Positions 53,222-62,850 of a stretch of DNA of 64,000 nt are shown piece by piece. Position numbers and translations under genes: made by a program. Numbering within the stretch: position 1 is the stretch's first letter; each line of letters starts with the position of its first letter. This stretch comes from Nitrospirales bacterium (GTDB lineage: Bacteria > Nitrospirota > Nitrospiria > Nitrospirales > UBA8639), in contig CBDBCZ010000019.1 in assembly GCA_965203295.1 (NCBI GenBank), positions 1,504,001 through 1,568,000 of the forward strand. The letters run 5' to 3'. The notes under the pieces were generated by a model that was not told the DNA's origin, did not search any database, and worked only from the letters and a program-made list of their open reading frames with translations.

Positions 53222-54574
53222 TTGAATCATCTTCAGACACCCCTGATTTACAATCTGTTTCCCCGATTAGTCGGCGCTTCAGAAAACTGGATTCCACATG
53301 CTCAGAGAGCTGCCTCTATGGGTTTTAATTGGTTGTATGTGAATCCCATCTCGTATCCCGGGTTTTCCGGAAGTCTTTATGCCATTAAAGACTATTTTCA
53401 ATTGAATCCCCATTTTTTCCCTGCCTCACTTCACAATTCAGCTCAGTCTTTAGTCAGCTTGAGAAACACTCTTGGCCAGATTGTTGATCTCGGACTCCAT
53501 CCTATTGCGGATCTCGTCATCAACCACACTTCCATTGACTCTCCTCTCATTCAAGATCATCCCAACTGGTTTTGTTGGGAAGGAAAAGGCCTCCTGCAAC
53601 ATCCCTATGCCATTGACCCCAGTGCTCCAGATAAAAAAACCGTATGGGGTGATCTCGCCGTCGTGAACAATCAGCATTCTCCAGATCGGGATGCCTTACG
53701 GGCCTTTTGGCTTCAGGTGATGAAAGCCTATATTCAGGTTGGGTTTGAAGGATTTCGTTGTGATGCCGCTTATCAAGTTCCGGTGGAATTATGGCGCTAT
53801 TTGATTGATTTCGCTAAAGAGATCAACCCCAACGTCATCTTTTGGGCTAAAAACTTGGGGTGTACACCAGAACAGACCAGGGCCTTACGTGGCGCAGGGT
53901 TTCATTTCTTTTGTAATAGTTCCAAGTGGTGGAATTTCAAAGATGCCTGGTGCCTTGAGCAACATCAAGAATTCGAGGACCTTCCTTCCATTTCCTTCCC
54001 CGAAACGCACGACACCGATCGGCTTTCCAAAGAAAACCAAGGGAGTGAACCCATACAACGGCAGCGATATGCGTTTGCTGCAATTTTTTCGGCAGGTATC
54101 ATGATGCCCATTGGATATGAGTTCGGATTCCAGAAAAAATTGGACGTGGTCAAGACTCGGCCGAATGATTGGGAGCTTCCTCTTTATGATTTGTCGAAGT
54201 TTATTGCTTGCATTAACTCGTTAAAATCGAATTGGTCGATTTTGAGCAGGGAGGGGAGCATTCAAAAAATGCCTTCTGAAAACCCTGATGTGCTTATTCT
54301 ATCTCGTCAATCTCACTCGGTAAGAGGAGAGAATGTGTTGATTCTGATTAACACCCACGCGAAGTGGAAGCAAAGGGTATCCACAGCGTCATTATTAGTA
54401 GAACTAGAGTCTTTTCGTTTGGTCCATTTCACAAAAGTCGATCAAAATATGAAACTCATTCCTTGTTTGAAAGAAGTCACGCTCGAACCAGCGGAAGCCC
54501 TCTTGATCGTTCACTCGACTGCGGCTGTACTTTGTACATTGGGGGCGTTGAATAATTCAAAAGATTCTCGATAG
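53222..54574 (+). CDS. GH13 alpha-amylase-family protein, possibly inactive
   Basis: GSLYA.KDY, DLVINHT, GFRCDAAY and ETHDT. The acid/base position reads WAKNLG. Confidence 0.82.
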   Translation: MNHLQTPLIYNLFPRLVGASENWIPHAQRAASMGFNWLYVNPISYPGFSGSLYAIKDYFQLNPHFFPASLHNSAQSLVSLRNTLGQIVDLGLHPIADLVINHTSIDSPLIQDHPNWFCWEGKGLLQHPYAIDPSAPDKKTVWGDLAVVNNQHSPDRDALRAFWLQVMKAYIQVGFEGFRCDAAYQVPVELWRYLIDFAKEINPNVIFWAKNLGCTPEQTRALRGAGFHFFCNSSKWWNFKDAWCLEQHQEFEDLPSISFPETHDTDRLSKENQGSEPIQRQRYAFAAIFSAGIMMPIGYEFGFQKKLDVVKTRPNDWELPLYDLSKFIACINSLKSNWSILSREGSIQKMPSENPDVLILSRQSHSVRGENVLILINTHAKWKQRVSTASLLVELESFRLVHFTKVDQNMKLIPCLKEVTLEPAEALLIVHSTAAVLCTLGALNNSKDSR

Positions 54575-54847
54575 CAGGCTACTCCTAAGACAAACCCTAA
54601 GCCTCTCTCCTTGCTTTCCCAGGGGCGCTGCCCCTAGGACGGCCCATAGTGAGGGTACCAGGCAAAAATTGCGAAAATGCACGCTAAGAACGGGAAGGAT
54701 TTTAGCTGCTACTCTGTCATCCCACACTTTTATTTGCATCGCGATCCGATCTGAGGCCTGACCGCTTATGGGAGCAAAGGGCTCTGGATGGTCACAGGCA
54801 AAAAGTGGTGAGCACTCGTTCCTCTGGCTTTTCCCCTCAGCCGGTGC

Positions 54848-55788
54848 TTAGCGCACTACTAACACCGAACACGGCGCGTGACGAGCCACGTTATGCGCAA
54901 CACTACCCAAAAGGAAACGTCTCAGCCCGGTCAACCCTTTGGATCCCACCACAATAAGGTCCGCGCGGCTCCGCTTCGCCGTTTTAAGAATTTCTTCAGC
55001 CGCATGGCCATGGGTGAGGAGGATATCCACCTCTAACTTTTTCTTGCTCAGAGCCTGCTGGGTCTCTTGAAGAAGTTGTTTCCCCGCTTGTTCTAAAGTT
55101 CGCTTCATGTCCTCAGCCAATTGCGTGGCGTCCACGTGGCCTGTGAGCCATGCCGCCGTTGTGAGGGTCGGGTGTCCTCTCACGACATGAATGATGGTCA
55201 AGTCTGCCGCTTTTGGAAGATTCAAACTCTTGAGTAACGTAACTGCTCGCTTGGAGTCGCGGGATCCATCCATCGCAAGCAAGACGCGCATGTTTCGTGC
55301 TTTACGACCGGTCCAACGGGACTGGCCCCGCACCATCAATACCGAACAGTACGCGTCATTCAGTACCCACTCACTGACGCTGCCAGTACCCACTCACTGA
55401 CGCTGCCGAGGAGAAACCGTTTTATGCCCGACAACCCTTTGGTGCCTACCACAACCAGGTCAATCGGGTGTTGTTCAATCGCCCTGAGAATCTCACCCCC
55501 TGGTAGGCCTTCAACGACATTAGCCTGAACCTCCAACCTCTGACCGTGGAACGATTCTGCTATACAGCTGATGAATCGGCGAGCCTTGGCTGTCGCCTTT
55601 ACGCGGAGAGGGAGAAGTTTCTCCTGAAACTGTTGGACATTAGCAAAGAAGGGCAACTCCGGCCACTGTTTCAGTTCAAACACGTGCAGGAGCGACAGGG
55701 CCGAACCAGCAGGCAGATGAAGCCCTTGTACCCACCGAACCGCCGCTAAAGAATTCCGTGATTGATCCACTGCCAGTAATACGTTCAT
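54848..55788 (-). pseudogene. Tandem two-domain universal stress protein, frameshifted by a 23-bp duplication
   Basis: Two USP domains, each with VLLA.D.S and DL.VVG.KG.G..RFLLGSV. CAGTACCCACTCACTGACGCTGC is duplicated at 55361-55406. Confidence 0.9.
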
Positions 55789-55847
55789 GGATAGACTCCT
55801 TTTATACTCATTGAAAGAGAAATTCTAGAGGTAATGAGTTCTTGGAT

Positions 55848-56255
55848 TTAGAGTCCCAAGGTGTCTGCCGCAACCGGGAACGCACCATATAACCACACGA
55901 GGTACCCGGTATAGGCTACCAGAAAAAGAACGCCCTCCACTCGACTCAATCTGTGGCCGGTCAAGAGGGCCGGCAACAGATTGACGGCCACACCCATCAT
56001 GATCCAAATATCAGCAACGATTTCTGGACTGATCGGGACAGGCGTGACAAGGGCGGTGAAGCCAATGACGATGAGAATGTTAAACATATTACTGCCCAAA
56101 ATATTGCCAATCGCGACATCAGCATGCTTGCGAACAGCCGCGATCATGGACGTCGTGAGTTCAGGGAGCGAGGTGCCAATCGCCACAAGTGTCAGGCCGA
56201 TCATCGCTTCGGAAATCCCGGCTGCGCGGGCAATAGTGACAGCCCCGTCAACCAG
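55848..56255 (-). pseudogene. 3' half of a YrbG-like Ca2+/Na+ antiporter
   Basis: Only the second alpha repeat is present (IGLTLVAIGTSLPEL, GNILGSNMFNI). The N-terminal half is absent. Confidence 0.8.
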
Positions 56256-56515
56256 CCCGAGTTTTCGATCTGATTGGTTTTCCATTCATGTATTCCCTCT
56301 CCCAAAAGGTTTCGAGCCCAATCTGTCCGAACCCATACCCACACTGAATGGCCTTTAGGTTAGGCGACGCGGTATATCTTCCCGTGTCCCAGTTCCGTTG
56401 CTATGAACCGTTCACAGTGGCTCACGGTAACATCTATGGGATTTAACCTTACCTCCGAAAATGGCTGAGTTTGTTCTCTCACAGTCAAACCAACGAACTG
56501 CTCCACGCCCGACAT

Positions 56516-57736
56516 TCAAACGTTGTCAGCTGTTTGGAAGCGGTGGCTGAAGCGACCGTACAACCTTTTCATGGCGAATGGTGACAATACGGTCGTCAAA
56601 GCGATCACTATAATCATACCGGCATAAATCTCGTTGTTAAGGATACCGCTTTCCCGTCCCAATTCGGCAAAGATGAGTCCGACTTCCCCGCGCGGGATCA
56701 TGGCGGTGCCAATGATCCAACGGGTTGGCCAAGGTTCGTGGATGAGCATGGGGCCCGCCAATTTCCCGACAATCGCAGCAATCATAAATGCCATTGAAAA
56801 GACCCAAATGAATGGGGAATTCCAATCGATCTCGCGCAGGTTCAATGATAAGCCGACCATGACAAAGAAAATTGGCGTGAATAGATGAATGACCGGCTTC
56901 ATTTCCGTTTCAATGTGCTCGGCGAAGGATGGGTCTGCATGCAATGCCGTGCCAAAAGGCAAAAAGAAACGCCTCGATAACGCCAGACCTGCCGCGAAAC
57001 CACCGAGCAACTCCGGTGCTCCCATAGAATGGGCCAGCCAGGCGAACAATAGCACCAGGGAGACGATTGTAGTGGGAACTAGGCCGGGTATCTCTGTTGT
57101 CGTGTTGATGTGTTTAATGATAGCGGACATCAGCTTGGCCGCCACCGGGGCCAAAATAAAGAAGGTCGCTACGAACATAATGACTTTGCCTGCGTTACCT
57201 AGGGTCACACCGCCGCCAATGGAGAATTCATAAAGTAGGGCCAGCAAAACGACGCCCATCACATCATCTAGAATCGCTGCCCCCAATATTATCTGACCCT
57301 CCGGGGCGTGGTGGCGTTTGAGGTCCGTGAGCACGCGGGCAGTGATTCCAATACTGGTCGCTGTGAGCGTCCCTCCGATAAATAGCGATGTCAGCAACGA
57401 GAGACCGAATACCCAATATCCTACGCTGAACGCCAACAGAAACGGCAGACCGAACCCTCCCAGGGCCACTACTAAAGACTTAGGGCCGGCCCGCGCTAAT
57501 TGCCTGGGATCAGTCCCCAAGCCAACCTCGAATAGGAGCAGGATGATACCGATTTCCGCCATGAGCTTGATGGCTTCGATGGGCTCGATCCAGCCCAGCA
57601 AACTTGGTCCTAATATCACTCCCGCCAGTAACTCACCTATGACAGTGGGTGCTTTAAGCCTTCCGGCCAGCTCCGCGAAGACTCGCGCGGTTAAAAGAAT
57701 AATAAGCAGGGTAAGAAAAAAGTCGTGGCTTTGCAT
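56516..57736 (-). CDS. CPA2-family cation:proton antiporter
   Basis: GELLAGVILGPS, LLFEVGL, ATSIGIT, AAILDDV, PIFFVMVG and MIPRGEVGLIFA. Confidence 0.92.
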   Translation of the reverse strand: MQSHDFFLTLLIILLTARVFAELAGRLKAPTVIGELLAGVILGPSLLGWIEPIEAIKLMAEIGIILLLFEVGLGTDPRQLARAGPKSLVVALGGFGLPFLLAFSVGYWVFGLSLLTSLFIGGTLTATSIGITARVLTDLKRHHAPEGQIILGAAILDDVMGVVLLALLYEFSIGGGVTLGNAGKVIMFVATFFILAPVAAKLMSAIIKHINTTTEIPGLVPTTIVSLVLLFAWLAHSMGAPELLGGFAAGLALSRRFFLPFGTALHADPSFAEHIETEMKPVIHLFTPIFFVMVGLSLNLREIDWNSPFIWVFSMAFMIAAIVGKLAGPMLIHEPWPTRWIIGTAMIPRGEVGLIFAELGRESGILNNEIYAGMIIVIALTTVLSPFAMKRLYGRFSHRFQTADNV

Positions 57737-57892
57737 TAAGGTTCCTTCATCTTAATCTCCGCTAACCAGAGAGCATCGTCATTCCAGATCTGATTTAAAA
57801 TAATATCCAGTCTTTGGTAAATAGATTGGTTGATCAATGCTAGCCTTTTCGTTATGACAGTGTCACCCAAGCATAACGGTAAACGTGACTGA

Positions 57893-58131
57893 ATTACCGC
57901 TCGGGCGCTTGAGGAGCAAATGAACACCTGCTCCTACCTTACGCTCATCCTGGCATGCATCAGCTACTGGCAGGCACGGGAAATGGAGAGAGTGATTGGG
58001 GAGTTACAACCAGATTTACCTGATTCCCGCATTGACCTCGACCTTCTTGAGCACATCAGCCCGATCGCGTGGGACAACGTGCTCTCTATGAGCAATATAC
58101 CCTCGATCGGAGTCTCATTCGTACGTCTTAG
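57893..58131 (+). pseudogene. tnpA: Tn3-family transposase C-terminal fragment
   Basis: EQMNTCSYLTLILACISYWQ...LLEHISPIAWDNV, a shift, then LYEQYTLDRSLIRTS*. The stop codon lies within the right IR. Confidence 0.78.
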
Positions 58132-58221
58132 CGTGCATTTTCACAGTATTTTGCCTGCTCCCCTAAGTGTCTTGCCTGTGACCCCTCGAAGGGGCATGCC
58201 CCCTTCGAGCATCCCCCACGC

Positions 58222-58343
58222 CGACTGAAAAACAACACTCGGCGTGCAAGGCCGCAGGCAGCGAGGAGGACAAGGCGTACAAGTGGGTACGTTGAGGCCT
58301 CCGAGCCACGAGAACGCCGCTGGCGGTCTTTTTCAATAGCCCC
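58222..58343. repeat. ~120-bp intergenic MITE/REP-like repeat, copy 2
   Basis: Shares GCAAG.CCG.AGGCA.CGAG, TACGTTGAGG and ACGA.AACGCCGCTGG with 17873-17997. Ends are TGAAAAA ... TTTTTCA. Confidence 0.72.
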
Positions 58344-58423
58344 TCGTTGCAAACTGTTTAATCGATCTCTAGAATGGCGCCCGTTTATTTGCTTTTATAA
58401 AACTTTAAAGAAGGGTTGTGGAT

Positions 58424-58837
58424 ATGCTTGAGCGTACACTTGCCATTATTAAACCCGATGCTGTCAAAAAACAAGTCATCGGAGACATCATTCATCGATA
58501 TGAACAAGCCGGGGTTCACCCTATTGCACTGAAAATGCTATCCCTTACGAAAAAGGGGGCTGAAGGATTTTATGCCGTGCATCGGGAACGACCATTTTTT
58601 GACAGTCTAACGACCTATATGGCATCAGGCCCAGTTGTCGTCTTAGTTCTAGAAGGAGAGAACGCCATTAAGAAGTACCGTGATCTCATGGGTGCTACGG
58701 ACCCTAGTAAAGCTGAGAAAGGAACAATCCGGGCAGCACATGGAGCATCTATAGAAGAAAACTCTGTACATGGGTCTGATTCTCCTGAGACAGCTTGTTT
58801 TGAGATTAGCTACTTTTTCCCGGGGCTTGATTTGTAA
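58424..58837 (+). CDS. ndk: Nucleoside diphosphate kinase
   Basis: [28 protein letters not shown] and NSVHGSDS. Confidence 0.97.
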   Translation: MLERTLAIIKPDAVKKQVIGDIIHRYEQAGVHPIALKMLSLTKKGAEGFYAVHRERPFFDSLTTYMASGPVVVLVLEGENAIKKYRDLMGATDPSKAEKGTIRAAHGASIEENSVHGSDSPETACFEISYFFPGLDL

Positions 58838-58952
58838 GGTGCGTGATTTTTTACAACATTTTTTACGCAGACATGTTACGTTATGAATGAATCAGCGGTA
58901 GGAAGACAAAAAAATCCGAGAACGCCACTTTTCCAGGACACCCCCATTCACT

Positions 58953-60311
58953 ATGCCAACCCGTTTCTCGGGGTCCATTCTTAGTCTCATTTGCTTTTTG
59001 TTCCTGATTTCCGGATGTGCGCATCCCCATCCATCTGGAAAGTCTCTTGAGGAACTTAAATCCTATGCTGCGGAGCGCTTATTTCAGGATGCAAGGGAAT
59101 CAATGGTCCAAGGACAATATTCCCAAGCTGCTAGACTCTTCGAGCGTTTCCTTGTCACGTATCCTTCCTCACCCTTGAACGGCCAGGCCCACTGGTGGTT
59201 GGCAAAGACCTATCACCAGAAGGGTGAGCTAAGGCTCGCTCGGCAACATTACAAGCAGTTCCTAGCATCCGAGAAGGGTGGCCTCTACAGAGTTCAAGCA
59301 AAAACCCAGATTAAATCGTTAGAACAAGTCTTAGGCTATTCAGAAGACAAGGATCCTGAAGTCAAGGGAATTGTGGTCTCTCTCAAAACAGTCACGCAGT
59401 ATGGGAGAGAGGGTTTGATTCTGGGAACGATGTCTGACTCAAATCGATCAGTTCTCATCATTCGAATGGGCTGCAGAGAAAATCCTTTGGCTTTTCCTGA
59501 TTCGGCAAATGGGAGGCAACGACAATCGCAGGCGATTGCGCTCAAACAGACGATCGCTCAGGTTGTCAGATGGAGCCACAAGGACAACACACAAGTTTAT
59601 CTAGGTGTCAATTTGCGATGCTTAGGGAAGTATCAAGAACGTGACAAATGGAATGATTGGTATTTCGATCCTGAAAGGCAGTCTCTCCAACCCTCAAGAT
59701 ACTTTGACCTGTTTCATCCCAATTATCAAACTTACCTACTAAACTTGCTTTTGGACTTGGCAGAAACAAAACTGAATGGGTTTGTGTTTTTAGCAGAAAA
59801 CCCTATGAGGGCAGGTGAAGGATTCAGTCCTTCAGCTACCAAGAAATTTGAGAAAGTTTTTCGAAAACCCATAGATCCAGAGCACGTATTTTCTGGAAGA
59901 CAACACTCGGAATATTGGCGGTGGGTTGGTTGGAAAACTCGAGAGCGACTTCATGTCATGACCCACCTTCGTGCAAGGCTGAAACGGAAGGTGCCTGAAT
60001 TGGAATTTGGCTTAGAAATTCATGGAAGGAGCGTGACGCATCCTGTTCAGGCTTTGGTTGAGTTGACGGAAGATTGGTTAGAAGCCACAAGGAGCGATTT
60101 TGAATTCTTTTTCGTCAAGCATCCCGAATATAGATTCGACAATACGAACGAGACAATTGATCGTGTCACGAATTCTCATGGCAATTCCCCAATCATTGAA
60201 GAAATGATCACCGTTTTAGGTGCTCCAAAAAAAATTTGGGTGCAAATTCCCGATTCTGGAGGGCACCCTCGAAAAACAGCGTCTCATGAATTGAAGCATA
60301 GAACATTGTGA
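58953..60311 (+). CDS. Lipoprotein with N-terminal TPR and a glycoside-hydrolase-like (PgaB/HmsF C-terminal-like) domain
   Basis: ISGC lipobox and a TPR segment (F...YPSS...QAHWWLAK). DLFHP..Q..L..LL.DLA and YWRWVGWK follow. Domain call is tentative. Confidence 0.55.
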   Translation: MPTRFSGSILSLICFLFLISGCAHPHPSGKSLEELKSYAAERLFQDARESMVQGQYSQAARLFERFLVTYPSSPLNGQAHWWLAKTYHQKGELRLARQHYKQFLASEKGGLYRVQAKTQIKSLEQVLGYSEDKDPEVKGIVVSLKTVTQYGREGLILGTMSDSNRSVLIIRMGCRENPLAFPDSANGRQRQSQAIALKQTIAQVVRWSHKDNTQVYLGVNLRCLGKYQERDKWNDWYFDPERQSLQPSRYFDLFHPNYQTYLLNLLLDLAETKLNGFVFLAENPMRAGEGFSPSATKKFEKVFRKPIDPEHVFSGRQHSEYWRWVGWKTRERLHVMTHLRARLKRKVPELEFGLEIHGRSVTHPVQALVELTEDWLEATRSDFEFFFVKHPEYRFDNTNETIDRVTNSHGNSPIIEEMITVLGAPKKIWVQIPDSGGHPRKTASHELKHRTL

Positions 60312-60507
60312 ACTGAGGCTTAGTGTGTACTTGATGGTGTGGGTTACATAGTCGCCCATTCGGTCATTCCTTGACAAACCACCACCCCCTCATTAAGAAG
60401 AGCACCTTGTTTTTTCTTAAGAAATTAAATGGTAATCTTGTAACAGTGGAGTGTCTACTCTCAAATTATAGCTATTTTCGGAAAAGAGACATTGGATAGG
60501 GGAAAGT

Positions 60508-60891
60508 ATGATTCCAAATGACTTGCGGTATCACAAAGAACATGAATGGGTTCGAGTTGAAGGAGAACAGGCCACTCTCGGCATTAGCCATCATGCTCAA
60601 GAGGCCTTAGGGGATGTGGTCTTCATTGACTTGCCACAAATTGATGCTGCCATAACAGCTGATCAGGAAATTGGCGAAGTCGAATCGACCAAGGCTATAT
60701 CCAGTATCTATTCCCCTGTGAGTGGCAAGATCATTAAAGTGAACACAGCATTGCAGGACCATCCCGAGTATATGAATAGCGATCCGTATGGCCAGGGTTG
60801 GATTGCAATGGTTCAGTTAACAAATCCTGCAGAAGTTGAAAACCTCATGACTGCTGCCCAATACCAAGAATTTTTAACCTCTCAACTCTGA
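60508..60891 (+). CDS. gcvH: Glycine cleavage H / lipoyl carrier protein
   Basis: YHKEHEWV, AQEALGDVVF, EVESTKA (lipoyl Lys) and NSDPYG.GW. Confidence 0.95.
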   Translation: MIPNDLRYHKEHEWVRVEGEQATLGISHHAQEALGDVVFIDLPQIDAAITADQEIGEVESTKAISSIYSPVSGKIIKVNTALQDHPEYMNSDPYGQGWIAMVQLTNPAEVENLMTAAQYQEFLTSQL

Positions 60892-62294
60892 TGGGCTTAT
60901 CCAAAAGCATTGTAATTATTGGTGCAGGTCCGGGTGGGTATGTGGCTGCCATTCGTGCGGCACAGCTCGGAGCACAGGTCACGGTGATTGAGAATCAGGC
61001 TTTGGGAGGAGTGTGTCTGAATGCTGGATGCATTCCAAGCAAAGCGTTGTTGGCAACGGTGGAGTTGGGTGAAAAACTTCGGATGGCCAAGGATTTTGGT
61101 ATTCGCGTTGAAGGAAATGTGGATTTTGATTTAGCGCGCATGGTGGGCCGAAAAAATCAGATAGTCGGAACTCTGCAAAGAGGGATCGTCTCACTGTTCA
61201 AATCATGGAACATTACCCATATTCCAGGAACCGGAAAATTACGTGATGCGCGAACCGTCCAAGTGATCAAGGCTGATGGATCTGAGATCAACGTATCTGC
61301 TGATGCCATCATTATTGCGACAGGATCTTCCTGGCCTAACCTTCCACAATTTCCTGTGGACGGAAAGACAATTCTGACAAGTAAAGAAGCGTTAGATTTG
61401 GATACGGTTCCAGCCAAGCTTCTCATTGTCGGGGGAGGAGTCGAAGGATGTGAGTTTGCGGCCCTCTTTAGTGGTTTAGGCTCACAAGTGATGGTCGTGG
61501 AGATGATGGACCGTATTCTTCCTTTAGAGGATGAAGAAATTTCTCGTTTTATAGCGCGAGAATTGAAAAAACGGAAAGTCGAGCTTCACGCGGGAACGAC
61601 CATACAAGACATATCAACGAGTCCTGGTGTGGTGAAGGCTAAACTGAGCTCGAGTGTCGAACTTCAGGCCGAAAAAGTTCTAGTCTCAGTTGGACGTCGT
61701 TTTCATACCCAAGGCATTGGATTAGAGCAGGTGGGCGTAGGTGTTGGTTCACATAGAGAGATTGAAGTTGATGGCCACTGCCAAACAACGGTTACTGGCA
61801 TCTTTGCCATTGGAGATGTCGTTGGAAAAGCCATGCTCGCCCATGTAGCCTCCGCTCAAGGGAAAATAGCGGTTGAAAACATCATGGGGAATTCGAAGAC
61901 CATCAATTATTCCGTGATCCCTGCTGGGATTTTTACATTGCCTGAAATCGGCCGTGTTGGCCTGACTGAACAAGAAGTCGGTGAACGGGGGATGCGGGCA
62001 AAGATAGGGCGATTTCGATACGCTAGCTTAGGGAAAGCCTATGGGGTTGGTGAAACGACAGGAATGTTCAAAGTCCTCGCTGATGAAAAAACGGATATGC
62101 TATTGGGTGTCCACATCGTCGGAGCTCATGCAGCCGATCTTATACATGAGGCTGCCTTGGCTATGGAAGTTCAGGCGCCTGCACGTTCCCTCGCAGGGAT
62201 GATCCATGCGCATCCGACCGTGTCCGAAGGCCTCATGGAAGCTGCAGAAGATCTAGAGGCATTAGCTATTCATCAAGGACCGAAAAAGGCTTAA
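60891..62294 (+). CDS. lpdA: Dihydrolipoamide dehydrogenase
   Basis: GAGPGGYVAA, GGVCLNAGCIPSK, MLAHVA and HAHPT.SE. Confidence 0.96.
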   Translation: MGLSKSIVIIGAGPGGYVAAIRAAQLGAQVTVIENQALGGVCLNAGCIPSKALLATVELGEKLRMAKDFGIRVEGNVDFDLARMVGRKNQIVGTLQRGIVSLFKSWNITHIPGTGKLRDARTVQVIKADGSEINVSADAIIIATGSSWPNLPQFPVDGKTILTSKEALDLDTVPAKLLIVGGGVEGCEFAALFSGLGSQVMVVEMMDRILPLEDEEISRFIARELKKRKVELHAGTTIQDISTSPGVVKAKLSSSVELQAEKVLVSVGRRFHTQGIGLEQVGVGVGSHREIEVDGHCQTTVTGIFAIGDVVGKAMLAHVASAQGKIAVENIMGNSKTINYSVIPAGIFTLPEIGRVGLTEQEVGERGMRAKIGRFRYASLGKAYGVGETTGMFKVLADEKTDMLLGVHIVGAHAADLIHEAALAMEVQAPARSLAGMIHAHPTVSEGLMEAAEDLEALAIHQGPKKA

Positions 62295-62342
62295 CACCAG
62301 CATGCCGACTCCTGACACCTGACTTGGCACGAATCAATTATC

Positions 62343-62797
62343 ATGGGTCGATCTTTGTTTCTCAAATTGGCGATGTTGACCGCAAGTATGGCTGTGACCA
62401 TTGGGTTTTGGCCGACGATTAAGATAATATGGGGAATTCTAATCGTTTCATTCAACAGACCGACAAGATTTTTCCAGGACGAGTGCAGACCAAAGATGTT
62501 ATGCAGAATAAGGCAGGAGGAGGTCTTCGTGGCGCCTCGACATTTTCTCCTTCTCCTCAAGACCCATCGTCGTTAGAATCACGTATCAACAAACACTTTG
62601 ATATTAATGCCAGTAGCCTTGATGAACTCATAACCCTTCCTGGAATTGGAAAAGTTCTGGCTCAACGGATAATCCGTCATCGGACTGAGCGAGGACCGTT
62701 TCACTCAATTGAAGAGCTGAAAAACGTGAAAGGGATCGGGGAGGGACGCCTGAGTCGCCTTCGTCCAATGATTGTTGCTGAAGTAACATCCCAATAA
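62343..62797 (+). pseudogene. comEA: ComEA-family helix-hairpin-helix protein, frameshifted after the membrane anchor
   Basis: The hydrophobic leader (ORF 62343) and DINAS..EL.TLPGIG.VLA.RII...GPF.S.EEL..VKGIG (ORF 62429) are in different frames. Shift is near 62420. Confidence 0.75.
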
Positions 62798-62850
62798 AAC
62801 CCTTAGCCGTCAAATCTTTTTGACCTCGCGAGTCTCTCTACGAGCAATAT

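Larger units (their letters stand above)
54653..58163. mobile_element. Defective Tn3-family transposon
   Basis: Left IR GGGTACCAGGCAAAAATTGCGAAAATGCACGCTAAG (54653-54688) and right IR (58127-58163, reverse complement GGGGAGCAGGCAAAATACTGTGAAAATGCACGCTAAG). A tnpA 3' fragment ends inside the right IR. Confidence 0.85.

Noticed and set aside
57920..58228. Intact 102-aa protein
   Set aside because: It is a frameshifted tnpA tail that reads through the IR into non-coding DNA.
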